Part shown: positions 17,196 to 27,162 of the stretch, one piece after another
Layout: each line of letters starts with the position of its first letter
Numbering within the stretch: position 1 is the first letter of the stretch
Assembly (NCBI GenBank): GCA_903903205.1
Contig: CAIUXU010000189.1
Coordinates: forward strand, 1-38,094
Direction of reading: 5' to 3'
Length of the DNA: 38,094 nucleotides
Source: an uncultured Syntrophobacterales bacterium
Lineage (GTDB): Bacteria; Desulfobacterota; Syntrophia; Syntrophales; UBA5619
Program-made: the position numbers and the translations under genes
Notes under the pieces: generated by a model
What the model was told of the DNA's origin: nothing
Seen by the model: only the letters and a program-made list of their open reading frames with translations
Databases searched by the model: none

Positions 17196-17334
17196 CAGGT
17201 GCGATGTGACGAAAGCACACTGCCAGAGAGGGTCGCTCCCGGAGTGCCCGGAGCTGCGAAACGGGTTGGAAATACCCTGTCCGCATTTCGAGCATAAAAT
17301 CCGCAGCGGGTATCAGGTTGATACGAAAGGGTGA
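17173..17334 (+). CDS. Small Cys-rich protein
   Basis: GGAG RBS; RCDVTKAHC..ECPEL..PCPHF. Confidence 0.5.
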   Translation: MMIYYQDNRCDVTKAHCQRGSLPECPELRNGLEIPCPHFEHKIRSGYQVDTKG

Positions 17335-17440
17335 GATGAGCAGAAAGATCGATCATCGCTGGAATCGGCGTGATCCTCTGGAAGATCTTCCTGGGTCATA
17401 TCGACCTGATCATTAAGTAGAGTCTGCGACACGGGGTGGG

Positions 17441-17863
17441 GTGATGATCACGGCTCGGCTCATCCGGACGGAAACCTCGGACCAGGGAACCTTTGGGATC
17501 CTGGAGGCCTCCGGATTTGTCTGTCATACGGCCGAGCCTCCCTGGCGAGACAATCAGCCGGGGATCTCCTGCATCCCGCCAGGCGTTTACCTGGTAGAAC
17601 CATGGAACAGCCGCCGTTTTCCACGGACATTCCACATCCGGAACGTTGTGGAACGGGTCGCGATTCTTACCCACACGGGAAATCTGGCCGGGGATCCGTC
17701 GAGGGGATGGCGGCGCCATACCCTGGGCTGCATCCTTCCGGGATTGAAGCGGGGATATATCGAGAAGCAAAGGGCGGTCCTTTTATCGAGTACCGCAATG
17801 AACCGGATCCGGGAGGTGGTAGGTTCCGCCGTCTGGTCCCTGACGATCGAACAGCGGAGGTAA
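17441..17863 (+). CDS. DUF5675-family putative endolysin (L,D-transpeptidase-like)
   Basis: GTFGIL...CHTAEPPWRDN..ISCIPPGVY, ILTHTGN and TLGCILPG. Confidence 0.8.
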   Translation: MMITARLIRTETSDQGTFGILEASGFVCHTAEPPWRDNQPGISCIPPGVYLVEPWNSRRFPRTFHIRNVVERVAILTHTGNLAGDPSRGWRRHTLGCILPGLKRGYIEKQRAVLLSSTAMNRIREVVGSAVWSLTIEQRR

Positions 17864-17868
17864 GGGTC

Positions 17869-18447
17869 ATGGATTGGTTGAGCAGCGTTTTCAGCACGGG
17901 CGCATCGGCGCTCTCCGGCGGGATTCTGGGGCTTTTCGGCGGACTCTTTTCGCGCCTGTTTGACTGGCTGACGGTCCGGGAGAAGATCAAGCAGGATAAA
18001 CTCCGCTATGACCACGAAATAGCCGTTTTGCAGATTGAGACACAGCGCGACGTTGTCGTCGCCAGGGAGGAGGCAAACGCCCGGCGCGAAGTCGCCGAAT
18101 CGGAAGCGCTCGGCAAATCCTTCGAAGCGGACCGGGCCACCTACCTGGTCCCGGAGATCGCGAAGGATCTCCCCTCCTGGGCGCGCGGGATTGTCGCCGC
18201 GGTGATGGCCTTTGTCGATTTTGTCCGCGGGATGACGCGGCCGGGGTTAACGCTCTACCTCTGCGTTCTGACGACGATGATCTATATGCAGGTTCAAACG
18301 GCGATCATCAAGGCGGGTGGCGAGCCGATCACCAAAGAGATGTCCTATGGTTTGATCAAACTCATCATCGAAACGGTGCTCTTTTTGACGACGACGGCCG
18401 TGTGCTGGTGGTTTGCCGCACGGGCGAAGTCTGCGCAGGAGAAATAG
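17869..18447 (+). CDS. Holin-like membrane protein (3 TM)
   Basis: N-terminal GGILGLFGG helix, RGMTRPGLT motif, two further TM helices ending CWWFAAR; follows the DUF5675 gene. Confidence 0.7.
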   Translation: MDWLSSVFSTGASALSGGILGLFGGLFSRLFDWLTVREKIKQDKLRYDHEIAVLQIETQRDVVVAREEANARREVAESEALGKSFEADRATYLVPEIAKDLPSWARGIVAAVMAFVDFVRGMTRPGLTLYLCVLTTMIYMQVQTAIIKAGGEPITKEMSYGLIKLIIETVLFLTTTAVCWWFAARAKSAQEK

Positions 18448-18450
18448 GAA

Positions 18451-21129
18451 ATGGCCAACGTATCCAAAACAGTGGAGATTGTTTTTGGAGGGAAAGACGA
18501 CCTCAGCAAGGTGATCGACCAGATCGGGCGGAAGTTTGACGACCTGGGCGGCCTGACCGACAAGATCACCGAACCGCTGGCCAAGGTCGGCAAATCCATC
18601 CTGGAGATCGACGCCGCCCTCATGGCGCTCGCGATCGGTGGTCTGGCGTACGCAATCAAGGAATCCTCCTCGTTCAACAAATCCTTTGCGCTGATCTCCA
18701 CGTCGATCACCGCGACCGGCGACGACCTGGCCAAGTATCGGACGGACATCCTGAACTACTCCACCACGTCGGTGAAATCTCTCGAAGAGATCAACGCATC
18801 TCTCTACACAGCGGCCCAGGCGGGGGTGAAATACGCGGATTCGATTGGCTTTATCCGCAAGGCGGAGGAGCTTGCCGTCGCGAACAACGCGAACCTGAAC
18901 ACGACGGTCGATCTGTTGACCGGGACGATGAACTCCTATGGCTATACCCTGAAAGATGTCGCCCGCCTGAATGACATCTTCTTCACCTCCACGCTGATCG
19001 GCAAGCAGACGATTGACGACCTGGGCCAAAGCATGGGCCAGGTCGTCGGCATCGCGGCCAATTCGGGCGTATCGTTTGAGGAACTGTCGGCGGCCATCGC
19101 CACCCTGACAGCCAAGGGACTGAAAACCGAGGAGGCGATTACGGCGGTCAAGGGGGTGATCACGACGATCATCGCCCCCTCCAAAGAGGCGGCGACTGCG
19201 GCGAAGGAGCTCGGCCTGAACTTCTCGCTGACAGAGTTGAGTACCAAAGGCTTCTCCGCCATGCTGACCGAGATCATGGCGAAGACAGGCGGCAGCAAAG
19301 AGAAGATGGTCGATCTCTTCAACGAAGTCCGCGCGATGAACGGGGCCTTGATGCTGACCGGCGACGGGATGAAATTCTTCGGAACCGCGCTCGACCAGAT
19401 CAAGAATTCGACCGGGTCGGCGGAAGAGGCCTATGCGAAGATGGTGGCGACATTCTCCAATCAAAGCCAGATGATGATCAACGTCGCCCGGACAACGATG
19501 GTGGACATTGGAACCCAGATCGAACCCTCCGCCGCCAGGGTCGCCGGGGCGCTTGCCGGCCTCTTCACCGGGATCAAGATCGGCGTGGAAGCCGGTGCGT
19601 TTGACCCGCTCTTTGCCTACCTCGATCAGGTGGCGGGCTCCCTTGCGACCTGGTTCAATGGGATCGCGACAGCGATGCCGGAGGCGTTCTCCAAACTCAA
19701 TTTCGCAGGTCTTATCGCCGCGTTTACCGACCTCGGCCGCGCAATCAATGACTATTTCGGCGGGATGGACCTGACCCAAGCGGATGACCTGGCCGGCGTG
19801 ATGCAGCTCTTGATCGACATGGTCACCGGCATCGTTCGCGTCAGCACAGGGATGGCCGACGCCTTCCGGCCTTTTGCAACGGTGATTCTTGATTTCTTTA
19901 CGACGCTTGCCGCAGGCGGTCCGGAGACACAAGCGACGATGGGCCAGATCCTTGCGTTTTCCCAGGCGATCCAGTCGGCCGGCCTGGGCGTTGTCGCCGC
20001 GATCCTGGCGATCAATGAATTCCAGGTCTCGATGCGGGGGATCTTTGAGGTGATTGCCGGAGGCGCTTCGCTTGTGGCGAACGGCTTGAAGACCACATTG
20101 TTGCTAATTATGGACTGGATACTGCAACTTGAGGGAGCGATAGTCCAGACCATCAACACATTAACGGGGGGAATGTTTCCAGGGCTGGGAGCTCTCCAGG
20201 AACAGATAGGGCAGCAAATTACAGCAGGCCGTGATGCTATCGAAAAAAGCGGGCTTTCCGCAGCCGATGCTCTATCAAAAATGGGCGACGGATTTGTCAG
20301 ACTGGGCACCGAAACCGGAGTCAGCAGGGACAGGGCGGAGGAGTTACGCAAGAAGCTGACCGAGATCCCCGCCGTAACCGCCCCGGAGATCAAGATCACG
20401 GGCGTCGCCGAGACGGCCAAAACGGTCGAAGAAATCAGCGTCGCCCTCGAAACAATTCCGGAAAAGTTGCAAACCACGGTCGAAGTCCTCGCCGACGGAT
20501 CCACGATTGAAAGGGCCGCCGGCATGATCAAACAGACCTTTCCGGATGGCCAGGTAGTGTGGACAAATATCGGCCTTAAAACGGACGGCGCCAGCATCGA
20601 TGCGGCAAAATCCAAACTGGACAAAGCCGCGCCCGACAAAAAAGAGATCGAGGTGCAACTTAAACTGGATGAGATCAAACTAAAGGAAAAGTCAGACATC
20701 ATCCAGAAGTCGATCGAATGGAAGGCCAAAATAGATATTGCCAATATTGAAGCCAATACAAAAATCATGGAGGCGACGTTCAAGTCGCTTGACAATACAA
20801 TCACCAACACGGGAGCGACCATGTCGTCCCTCGCAGGTACATATGCGTCCATGCAAACCGCAGGCAAGGGGGGCACTTCGGTGATCGAGCAGTTGATGTC
20901 CGACGAGAACAAGCGGAGGGAGGAGACACTGACGCTCCAGAAGCAATTGACGACGGCGGAGATCGACAATGTGAAGAAGCGAAACGATGCTATGGACCGG
21001 GGGGAATCCACGATCACGATTAACGGAGCGGGGTTACAGCCCCACCTCGAAGCATTTATGTTTACGATTCTCGAAGCGATTCAGGTCCGGGCCAACGCCG
21101 AGGGTCAGAAATTCCTTGTGGGGGTGTAG
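18451..21129 (+). CDS. Tail tape measure protein (TP901 core-like)
   Basis: 892 aa, Ala-rich and helical; GKQTIDDLGQSMGQV..AANSGVSFEELSAAIATLT. Confidence 0.92.
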   Translation: MANVSKTVEIVFGGKDDLSKVIDQIGRKFDDLGGLTDKITEPLAKVGKSILEIDAALMALAIGGLAYAIKESSSFNKSFALISTSITATGDDLAKYRTDILNYSTTSVKSLEEINASLYTAAQAGVKYADSIGFIRKAEELAVANNANLNTTVDLLTGTMNSYGYTLKDVARLNDIFFTSTLIGKQTIDDLGQSMGQVVGIAANSGVSFEELSAAIATLTAKGLKTEEAITAVKGVITTIIAPSKEAATAAKELGLNFSLTELSTKGFSAMLTEIMAKTGGSKEKMVDLFNEVRAMNGALMLTGDGMKFFGTALDQIKNSTGSAEEAYAKMVATFSNQSQMMINVARTTMVDIGTQIEPSAARVAGALAGLFTGIKIGVEAGAFDPLFAYLDQVAGSLATWFNGIATAMPEAFSKLNFAGLIAAFTDLGRAINDYFGGMDLTQADDLAGVMQLLIDMVTGIVRVSTGMADAFRPFATVILDFFTTLAAGGPETQATMGQILAFSQAIQSAGLGVVAAILAINEFQVSMRGIFEVIAGGASLVANGLKTTLLLIMDWILQLEGAIVQTINTLTGGMFPGLGALQEQIGQQITAGRDAIEKSGLSAADALSKMGDGFVRLGTETGVSRDRAEELRKKLTEIPAVTAPEIKITGVAETAKTVEEISVALETIPEKLQTTVEVLADGSTIERAAGMIKQTFPDGQVVWTNIGLKTDGASIDAAKSKLDKAAPDKKEIEVQLKLDEIKLKEKSDIIQKSIEWKAKIDIANIEANTKIMEATFKSLDNTITNTGATMSSLAGTYASMQTAGKGGTSVIEQLMSDENKRREETLTLQKQLTTAEIDNVKKRNDAMDRGESTITINGAGLQPHLEAFMFTILEAIQVRANAEGQKFLVGV

Positions 21130-21131
21130 GG

Positions 21132-21476
21132 ATGATAGGGGTAGCGGCCAGGACGTTTGATCAGGAAGGAAGCCGGATATACAGGGGGGGATTGGATCGC
21201 GACGACGTCACCGCGCGACGAATCTCCCGGACGGCGACGCTGGACGGAGGGTGTCTGATCAGCGACATGGGGGCGTCGGTCAGCGACAAGAATATAACGA
21301 TTGAAATCAATAACGCAAGCTCTGACGAGATCATCTTCGCCCGGTATATCACCGAAACGTATGGTTCCGTTACGTTGACGACGGAGATCTCCTGTTATTC
21401 GGCGGCGCCGGAGTCCTGTACCGTCAAGGACGGGGTATTGACGCTCAAGTTCCTGATTGAGGGACAACTTTCTTAG
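21132..21476 (+). CDS. Distal tail-like protein
   Basis: Directly after the TMP; RRISRTATLDGG. Confidence 0.6.
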   Translation: MIGVAARTFDQEGSRIYRGGLDRDDVTARRISRTATLDGGCLISDMGASVSDKNITIEINNASSDEIIFARYITETYGSVTLTTEISCYSAAPESCTVKDGVLTLKFLIEGQLS

Positions 21477-21485
21477 GAGGAGAAG

Positions 21486-21929
21486 ATGGGAAGCACGTTT
21501 ACGCTTTATGGAGCGGCGCGGAAACAGATACTCGGCGCCATTGACCTCGCTACCGATACAGTCAAACTGGCGCTCGTAACGTCATCCTACACGCCGAGCC
21601 TGCTTGACTCGGCGTGGGCGCAGGTATCCGATTTCGAGGTTGCGGCTGTAGCAAGCCCGAGCAACGGCTACACGGCGGGCGGGAAGGAGTTGACGGAATG
21701 CGAGGTGACGAATACGGCCACGGAGTCGACATTTGATGCGGCGGATGTGACGTGGACGCTCTTGACCGGGACATTCCGCTACGGGGTCCTGTACGTCGTC
21801 GGGACAAAAGGCGGCGTCGTCAACCCCCTGTTGGGATATGTCCTGTACGATTCAACGCCTTCCGACATCAATATCAATGCTGTCGATTGGACGACACAAT
21901 GGAACGGAAACGGGATCATTACCTGCTAA
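21486..21929 (+). CDS. Tail-associated structural protein
   Basis: IDLATDTVKLAL, GYTAGGKEL, FDAADVTWT and QWNGNGII pattern typical of phage tail proteins. Confidence 0.7.
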   Translation: MGSTFTLYGAARKQILGAIDLATDTVKLALVTSSYTPSLLDSAWAQVSDFEVAAVASPSNGYTAGGKELTECEVTNTATESTFDAADVTWTLLTGTFRYGVLYVVGTKGGVVNPLLGYVLYDSTPSDININAVDWTTQWNGNGIITC

Positions 21930-21944
21930 GGCGGCTAAGGGCAC

Positions 21945-24806
21945 ATGGGACAGGTAAAAATTACAGGCGGCGGCCCGACCGGGCTGTATGACATCGAGAT
22001 CCTGCAACCGCTTGATAAGGCTGCGGCCAGGCAAGCCGATATCGCGGCGCATCTCGTCCTGTATGACACAAAATATATACCAGAGGCGGCTACCGCGACG
22101 TTGACCGCCCGCTCGGCGGTCGCCGCAGCCGCGAGCGCGTTGAGTACGGCGCCCCCGGCTGCGGTACAGTCTTGCCGAAGCGCGCTCTTGAGGGCTCAAG
22201 AAGCGTTGGAGGCCTCTATCCGTAAAAGCGCGGCACTCCTGCTCAGCAAGGAAGCGCTGAAGAAAGAGCAGGACATGCTGACAAAGGCGACAGAGGTTGT
22301 TGCGCGCACCGGAGTATGGTGCGCGGACCTTACGGAAGTCCTGGCTGCAGGATCGACTGCGGGAACCATAGAAGTGAACGGCGTCGATTCGCAAATCATC
22401 ATCCGGCCGCGAGGCTCCGTGACCGAGTCCACCGGAATCATTCAGCACGTCGGATTAAACAAGGCGACAGGGACGTTTGTCAACCTCGCGCTACTGGCGG
22501 CATGGCAGAAGTATAAACCGACGTGCCGCATAGGCGTCTTGACCACAGTCGATACGGCGGGGAATACGTGCGCGCTCAACCTGGTTTCGGCCCTGAGCTC
22601 GGTACAGTCTCTGGACATTAACAGGGAGACATCGCTATCAAACGTCCCGATCGTCTATATGGACTGCAACGCGGAAGTGTTCAACCCCGGCGACAGGGTC
22701 GTAGTCGAGTTCATAAACCAGAGCTGGGCGACCCCCAGGGTGATCGGGTTCGAGGATCACCCGGTCGGTCCCGGAGGCGTTGCGTTGCCGGCAGCAGATT
22801 ATTTTGTGTTCACGACAAGCGGAATAAAGTTGGTGAATATAGGATCGGGCGGGGTGAAGTTGCTCGCCTCCCGGAGCAACGCCGACGCGTACCACGGAAA
22901 CTCAGCGGGCACCCCGGTGACGTGGTTCAGCAAGCGATTCATGCACGATGTTGGGACGACAGGGACGCGGGAGCTCTATTTTATCGCGACATCGCTATGG
23001 CTTAACCCGCAACCGTTTGTCGGCGGGGCGGCGTTCTTTGCCGCAAACCCGTCGCACCCGCTGGTAACGAATACCGCAAGCACGCAGATTACGTCCACCG
23101 CACAAGTGCTGACCGACTTGAACCACGTGAACGAGGAAGTCAACCACGCGCACACCTACGTTTCAGACCCCGTTGGAAATGACAACTGGCGCTTCATGGG
23201 CGTGGGGGAGTCAGGCGACTGCGAGGACTTTGCGTTGACAAAGGCGCAGAAACTCCTGGACATGGGATACCCGGCGTCCGCGATCCATCTGGAAGGGGGA
23301 GTCGTCGAAGCAAATGTGATCGGCCACGCCTGGCTCGTTGTGCAGACGACGATAGGCGACTTTGCCCTGGATACCAAAAGCGATCGGGTCGTTGCCAACG
23401 CCAGCCTGACGAATGCCCTGGGCCTTGCGTACACCGGCAGGCGACGGCAGATCGGAATGAACTGGGCTTTTGTGGATAGCTGGGGTTGGGTGCTATCGTC
23501 CAGCCAGCAACAGGATGCTCTATGGACGACCTGCTGGTACATCCTCGACCCGTTGCTCAACATTTTCTATGAGATGTTCCCCGGACAAACGACGACCACC
23601 CCATTTTACGGGGCAGCGGACCTGCTTGGGAACTGGGTCATATCGCACCCGTCGGTAAATTTTTCGGATGACAACGCCACAATTTACACGGCTATTAACG
23701 GGTGGGTGCAGGGGTTCCATCTCGGAGACAATGCGCTCGAAAACCGGGTAGTCGGGCCGTACTCAGGACTCGGCTACGTGGATACGGACGGGAACGTCAT
23801 TATTGCAGACGAGTCAGGCACCAAAGAGTGGTGGTTCGGATACCCCAGAGACAAGGTGTTGGTTACAGAATTTGAAGATATCCCCGGAATCCATCTGTAT
23901 TTCATCCATGATACGCTGTTGGGGGATTTCAAGGCGCTGTACGATGTGCGGGTCTCTGACGAGGATGGCTGTTACGGGTACGAGTACCACTATGCAGAGG
24001 GCACGTTTACGGCCGAATATTCGGTCCCGGCGAACCCCGAGATTATTACCCGCACGGAACCGAATAGCCAGTACAGACGAAACTACACATACACCACGAC
24101 ACGAACCAACATCCTGTCGGGATCGCAAAAAAATTGGGTGGATAGCGGCCACTACCGGTTCGAGTGGTATCATATCATCACCTCTTCACCGGAGGCGTGG
24201 GGCTGGACCTGGGTGGAGGGCGATATCGACGGCGGAACAGGAACGGGACTCGCCGATTACCATTTGAAGATAGAATGGACAGACCCGGAAGAGCCCGATT
24301 TCCAAGTCTACCAAGAGTCAACCGTCTCCTTTGAGAATGTCCCTTACAATCCCGACACAGGGACGGGCGGCGGCTATGAAGTATCGAGTTGCGTTACGGC
24401 GCCCGCGATAAGCAAAGCGAAGACAGCATGCCCGGTTGGAATGGATGACACCTACGACCCCAATATCTGCCTGCTGTTTGAGGATACGACAGGTGAACTG
24501 CACAAATACCCGTATACATTTACGAGCGAAAATAGCGATCGGACATACGTTGCGTATGACACCACGCTCGACTGTTACGCCATCAACCCCGAAAAACCGG
24601 ACAACATCCTGTTCAGGTGGATGGATTTCAGCATCGGTACGGCGAAGGTGGCCGGGTTCGTCATCAACGGATCATCCGGGCTGATCAAGAAGGTTTTCCG
24701 TGGCGGGTCGCCGTATCTCGGCACGCTCGCTGCGGCGCTCGGAACCAGCGAGAGCGCAATCCTCGGCCTCGCTTACGTTCCCTCAACAAACAGATTGAAC
24801 CCATAG
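21945..24806 (+). CDS. Large tail protein with an internal BTLCP/Peptidase C93 (LapG-like) domain
   Basis: N-terminal coiled coil and OB-like segment (VFNPGDRVVVEF..PRVIGF); VNEEVN..YVSD..DNW..GDCEDFALTK..GHAWLVV..ALD at about 23110-23400. Confidence 0.8.
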   Translation: MGQVKITGGGPTGLYDIEILQPLDKAAARQADIAAHLVLYDTKYIPEAATATLTARSAVAAAASALSTAPPAAVQSCRSALLRAQEALEASIRKSAALLLSKEALKKEQDMLTKATEVVARTGVWCADLTEVLAAGSTAGTIEVNGVDSQIIIRPRGSVTESTGIIQHVGLNKATGTFVNLALLAAWQKYKPTCRIGVLTTVDTAGNTCALNLVSALSSVQSLDINRETSLSNVPIVYMDCNAEVFNPGDRVVVEFINQSWATPRVIGFEDHPVGPGGVALPAADYFVFTTSGIKLVNIGSGGVKLLASRSNADAYHGNSAGTPVTWFSKRFMHDVGTTGTRELYFIATSLWLNPQPFVGGAAFFAANPSHPLVTNTASTQITSTAQVLTDLNHVNEEVNHAHTYVSDPVGNDNWRFMGVGESGDCEDFALTKAQKLLDMGYPASAIHLEGGVVEANVIGHAWLVVQTTIGDFALDTKSDRVVANASLTNALGLAYTGRRRQIGMNWAFVDSWGWVLSSSQQQDALWTTCWYILDPLLNIFYEMFPGQTTTTPFYGAADLLGNWVISHPSVNFSDDNATIYTAINGWVQGFHLGDNALENRVVGPYSGLGYVDTDGNVIIADESGTKEWWFGYPRDKVLVTEFEDIPGIHLYFIHDTLLGDFKALYDVRVSDEDGCYGYEYHYAEGTFTAEYSVPANPEIITRTEPNSQYRRNYTYTTTRTNILSGSQKNWVDSGHYRFEWYHIITSSPEAWGWTWVEGDIDGGTGTGLADYHLKIEWTDPEEPDFQVYQESTVSFENVPYNPDTGTGGGYEVSSCVTAPAISKAKTACPVGMDDTYDPNICLLFEDTTGELHKYPYTFTSENSDRTYVAYDTTLDCYAINPEKPDNILFRWMDFSIGTAKVAGFVINGSSGLIKKVFRGGSPYLGTLAAALGTSESAILGLAYVPSTNRLNP

Positions 24807-24817
24807 GAGGAGAAGAG

Positions 24818-24994
24818 ATGGAACAAGCAGATTTGGAAAAGATCATCGCATCAATGGCGGAAAACTTGGCAGCAGTCACCAGGGTCCTTGAAGTTTTGCA
24901 AACACAGGCTCAAAACCCACATGGCCCTCCTGCGCCTGCAAGGATGACCGCTCCTATGGCGGGCAGGATACTTACATCAGAAACCGCGAAGTAA
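24818..24994 (+). CDS. 58-aa hypothetical protein
   Basis: AGGAGG RBS; fills the gap between its neighbours. Confidence 0.5.
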   Translation: MEQADLEKIIASMAENLAAVTRVLEVLQTQAQNPHGPPAPARMTAPMAGRILTSETAK

Positions 24995-25007
24995 GAAGGA
25001 GACCGAG

Positions 25008-27128
25008 TTGGCAGATCCTGTCCTGACATTTGATGAAGTAGCCGAGATCGCAGCGCATAGTTTTACCTGCATTGCGACGATGACGTCTGCGGGAGGCCAC
25101 ACGATCGCTGATTACGGGTTTCTCTATGTCGAGGGAACCACAGGCGATCCGGTCTACTCGCAGTATGTCGATAACTATGTGATAGACGGCGGCGACCCCG
25201 GCCCATCCCCGTTTGAAATGACGTTTGACTGGGAAAGGTCATCCCCGATGGATCAGGGGACATCGTACCGGGTGCGACCGTTTGTCCATTTCTCGGATGG
25301 AGATGGCGGCATTGCTTACGGGCCGACGCTCACGGTAGAAACGCCGAACGATCCCGTGGATCGATATTGGGTGGGCGGGTCGGGATACTTTGTCCAGACG
25401 GCCCACTGGTCTGATGCTTCAGGCGGGACAGGAGGGTTCTCGGTCCCGTTACGCGGGGACACGGCCCACTTCGACGAAAACTCCGGCGGCGCGACCATCC
25501 AGACATACGGCGGCGCCGCCAGGGTGGATTGTCTGCTGATTGTTGATCCAGATTGCACCCCGGTAAGCTTCTCTTTCGATGCGGCAAATTGTACACTGCA
25601 CGGCGATCTGGTTAACGTGGACCGATTCTCATGGGGAAACGCCGCCAGGTTCATCTCCAACGGGTATAATATTAGTGCTTACCAATCTCTCAGCTTATAT
25701 ACAGGTTACTCAGAATACCCTATGGGCATTTGGCTTGGCGATTCCGTTTTGTCTGTGACGCCTCGCGAGGGGACCGAATGGAGCACCTGTGAAATTTTTG
25801 TTTACCGTGGCGGGGAGCCGGACTTGACGGCCCCGGTGCTGGATACTGAAAATGCCACCCTCCGCTACGACAGCCGCAACAGTCCGCTCGACAACGCCTT
25901 GGGCCTCTACGGAGATTTTACTTTTGCATCCGTAGAGTTATTTCTTGCAGGGGATGTTAAGTGGACGGGGCTATCTCTTACCACAGAAACGCTTAGTATC
26001 GCAGGAGACGGGCGGATAGGCTTCGGCGGAACCGATACGAATGGCGATCCATACGGGACCACCGCGCTTGCGATCCTCGGACATGATGGTTTTACGGCAA
26101 CGGGAGAGACGAAGAACGGACTCGTCCTGGATAGCTGGGAAGGCGAAGTTAACGAAGTTCCGTACAAGTCCGCCCCGTGGACGCTGCATGCCGATGACGG
26201 CGCCATGTACGTCGAGAATTGCTCACTCGCCCACACGGTTGCGTCAGGTACGGCTACGTTTTGGATGGGCGGCGGCTTTACGGCAGGAGAAGGCGTTGTC
26301 GGATGGGTAGAAGACCCGCGAGGGTTGCCTCGGCTGATGATGTCGTTGACCCCCCGGGCTCCCGCTTACAACGTCTATGGCATCCCGACCGCAGAAACGC
26401 CGATGGAAGGCCATGCGCCATGGAGGCGCAACGAAGTAGATCACCCCCTGGATGCCGTGCTGCGCGGCATAGGCCCCGGATACTTCCCCGGCCTGCTTCC
26501 CCTGCGCGAGATAGAGGAAGCGGCGAGCATGGAGTTGACGGCGCGAGACCCTGCCCACAAGTGGGCGATCCCGGTCAGCCTGTCAGCAAAGAAACGGGTG
26601 TGTTACCGGTGTTATCTGATCGGCGCCGATGACGACCTGGATGATCTGGAGTTGCCCATTTCATCCTGGCAAGGCCGGGCGCGAGACGGTGAGCCGAGCT
26701 ATTTGTCGGTCGTCGTGGACAACGTCACCATTTACGGACCGCTGATCGTGGCGCGAACCAACGGAGACATTACGCTCAGAAAAGGGTACCGCTACGAGGA
26801 TGGAAGCGAGACCACGGTAGAGATGATGACCGTGGACTATGAGAGCATCCAAGTGGCCCGCGGCGGCAGAAGCGAGTCCATCACATTATCAGGCCACCGG
26901 ACGGTAGAGTCCACAAACCCGAGAGAGGTCACCGTCGAGGGGGTCAGTTACTATGCCGAGTCCGCGGACGGCAAGCGACGGGTACGGTGCAACATGGACC
27001 TGTTTCTTCGGTGCGGGGATACCTGCATTTATGGGCAGGAGACCAGTGACCAGTTCATCGTCGGCGCTATCACATATTGGGCGTCGGCAAGTCCTTTCCT
27101 GGAGTCCATGGAGGCAGTGGAAGCATGA
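25008..27128 (+). CDS. Tail tip/fibre protein (FN3-like N-terminus, beta-rich centre)
   Basis: AAGGAG RBS with TTG start; GTSYRVRPF..GIAYG FN3-like motif and RYWVGGSG...HWSDASGG motif. Confidence 0.7.
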   Translation: MADPVLTFDEVAEIAAHSFTCIATMTSAGGHTIADYGFLYVEGTTGDPVYSQYVDNYVIDGGDPGPSPFEMTFDWERSSPMDQGTSYRVRPFVHFSDGDGGIAYGPTLTVETPNDPVDRYWVGGSGYFVQTAHWSDASGGTGGFSVPLRGDTAHFDENSGGATIQTYGGAARVDCLLIVDPDCTPVSFSFDAANCTLHGDLVNVDRFSWGNAARFISNGYNISAYQSLSLYTGYSEYPMGIWLGDSVLSVTPREGTEWSTCEIFVYRGGEPDLTAPVLDTENATLRYDSRNSPLDNALGLYGDFTFASVELFLAGDVKWTGLSLTTETLSIAGDGRIGFGGTDTNGDPYGTTALAILGHDGFTATGETKNGLVLDSWEGEVNEVPYKSAPWTLHADDGAMYVENCSLAHTVASGTATFWMGGGFTAGEGVVGWVEDPRGLPRLMMSLTPRAPAYNVYGIPTAETPMEGHAPWRRNEVDHPLDAVLRGIGPGYFPGLLPLREIEEAASMELTARDPAHKWAIPVSLSAKKRVCYRCYLIGADDDLDDLELPISSWQGRARDGEPSYLSVVVDNVTIYGPLIVARTNGDITLRKGYRYEDGSETTVEMMTVDYESIQVARGGRSESITLSGHRTVESTNPREVTVEGVSYYAESADGKRRVRCNMDLFLRCGDTCIYGQETSDQFIVGAITYWASASPFLESMEAVEA

Positions 27129-27162
27129 AAAAGCCATTAATTAAATCATAAGGAGGAACACC

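Noticed and set aside
6318..21017. Long antisense ORFs (6318-7631, 8660-10018, 18247-19932, 19752-21017)
   Set aside because: Shadow frames of GC-rich genes with clear + strand identities.
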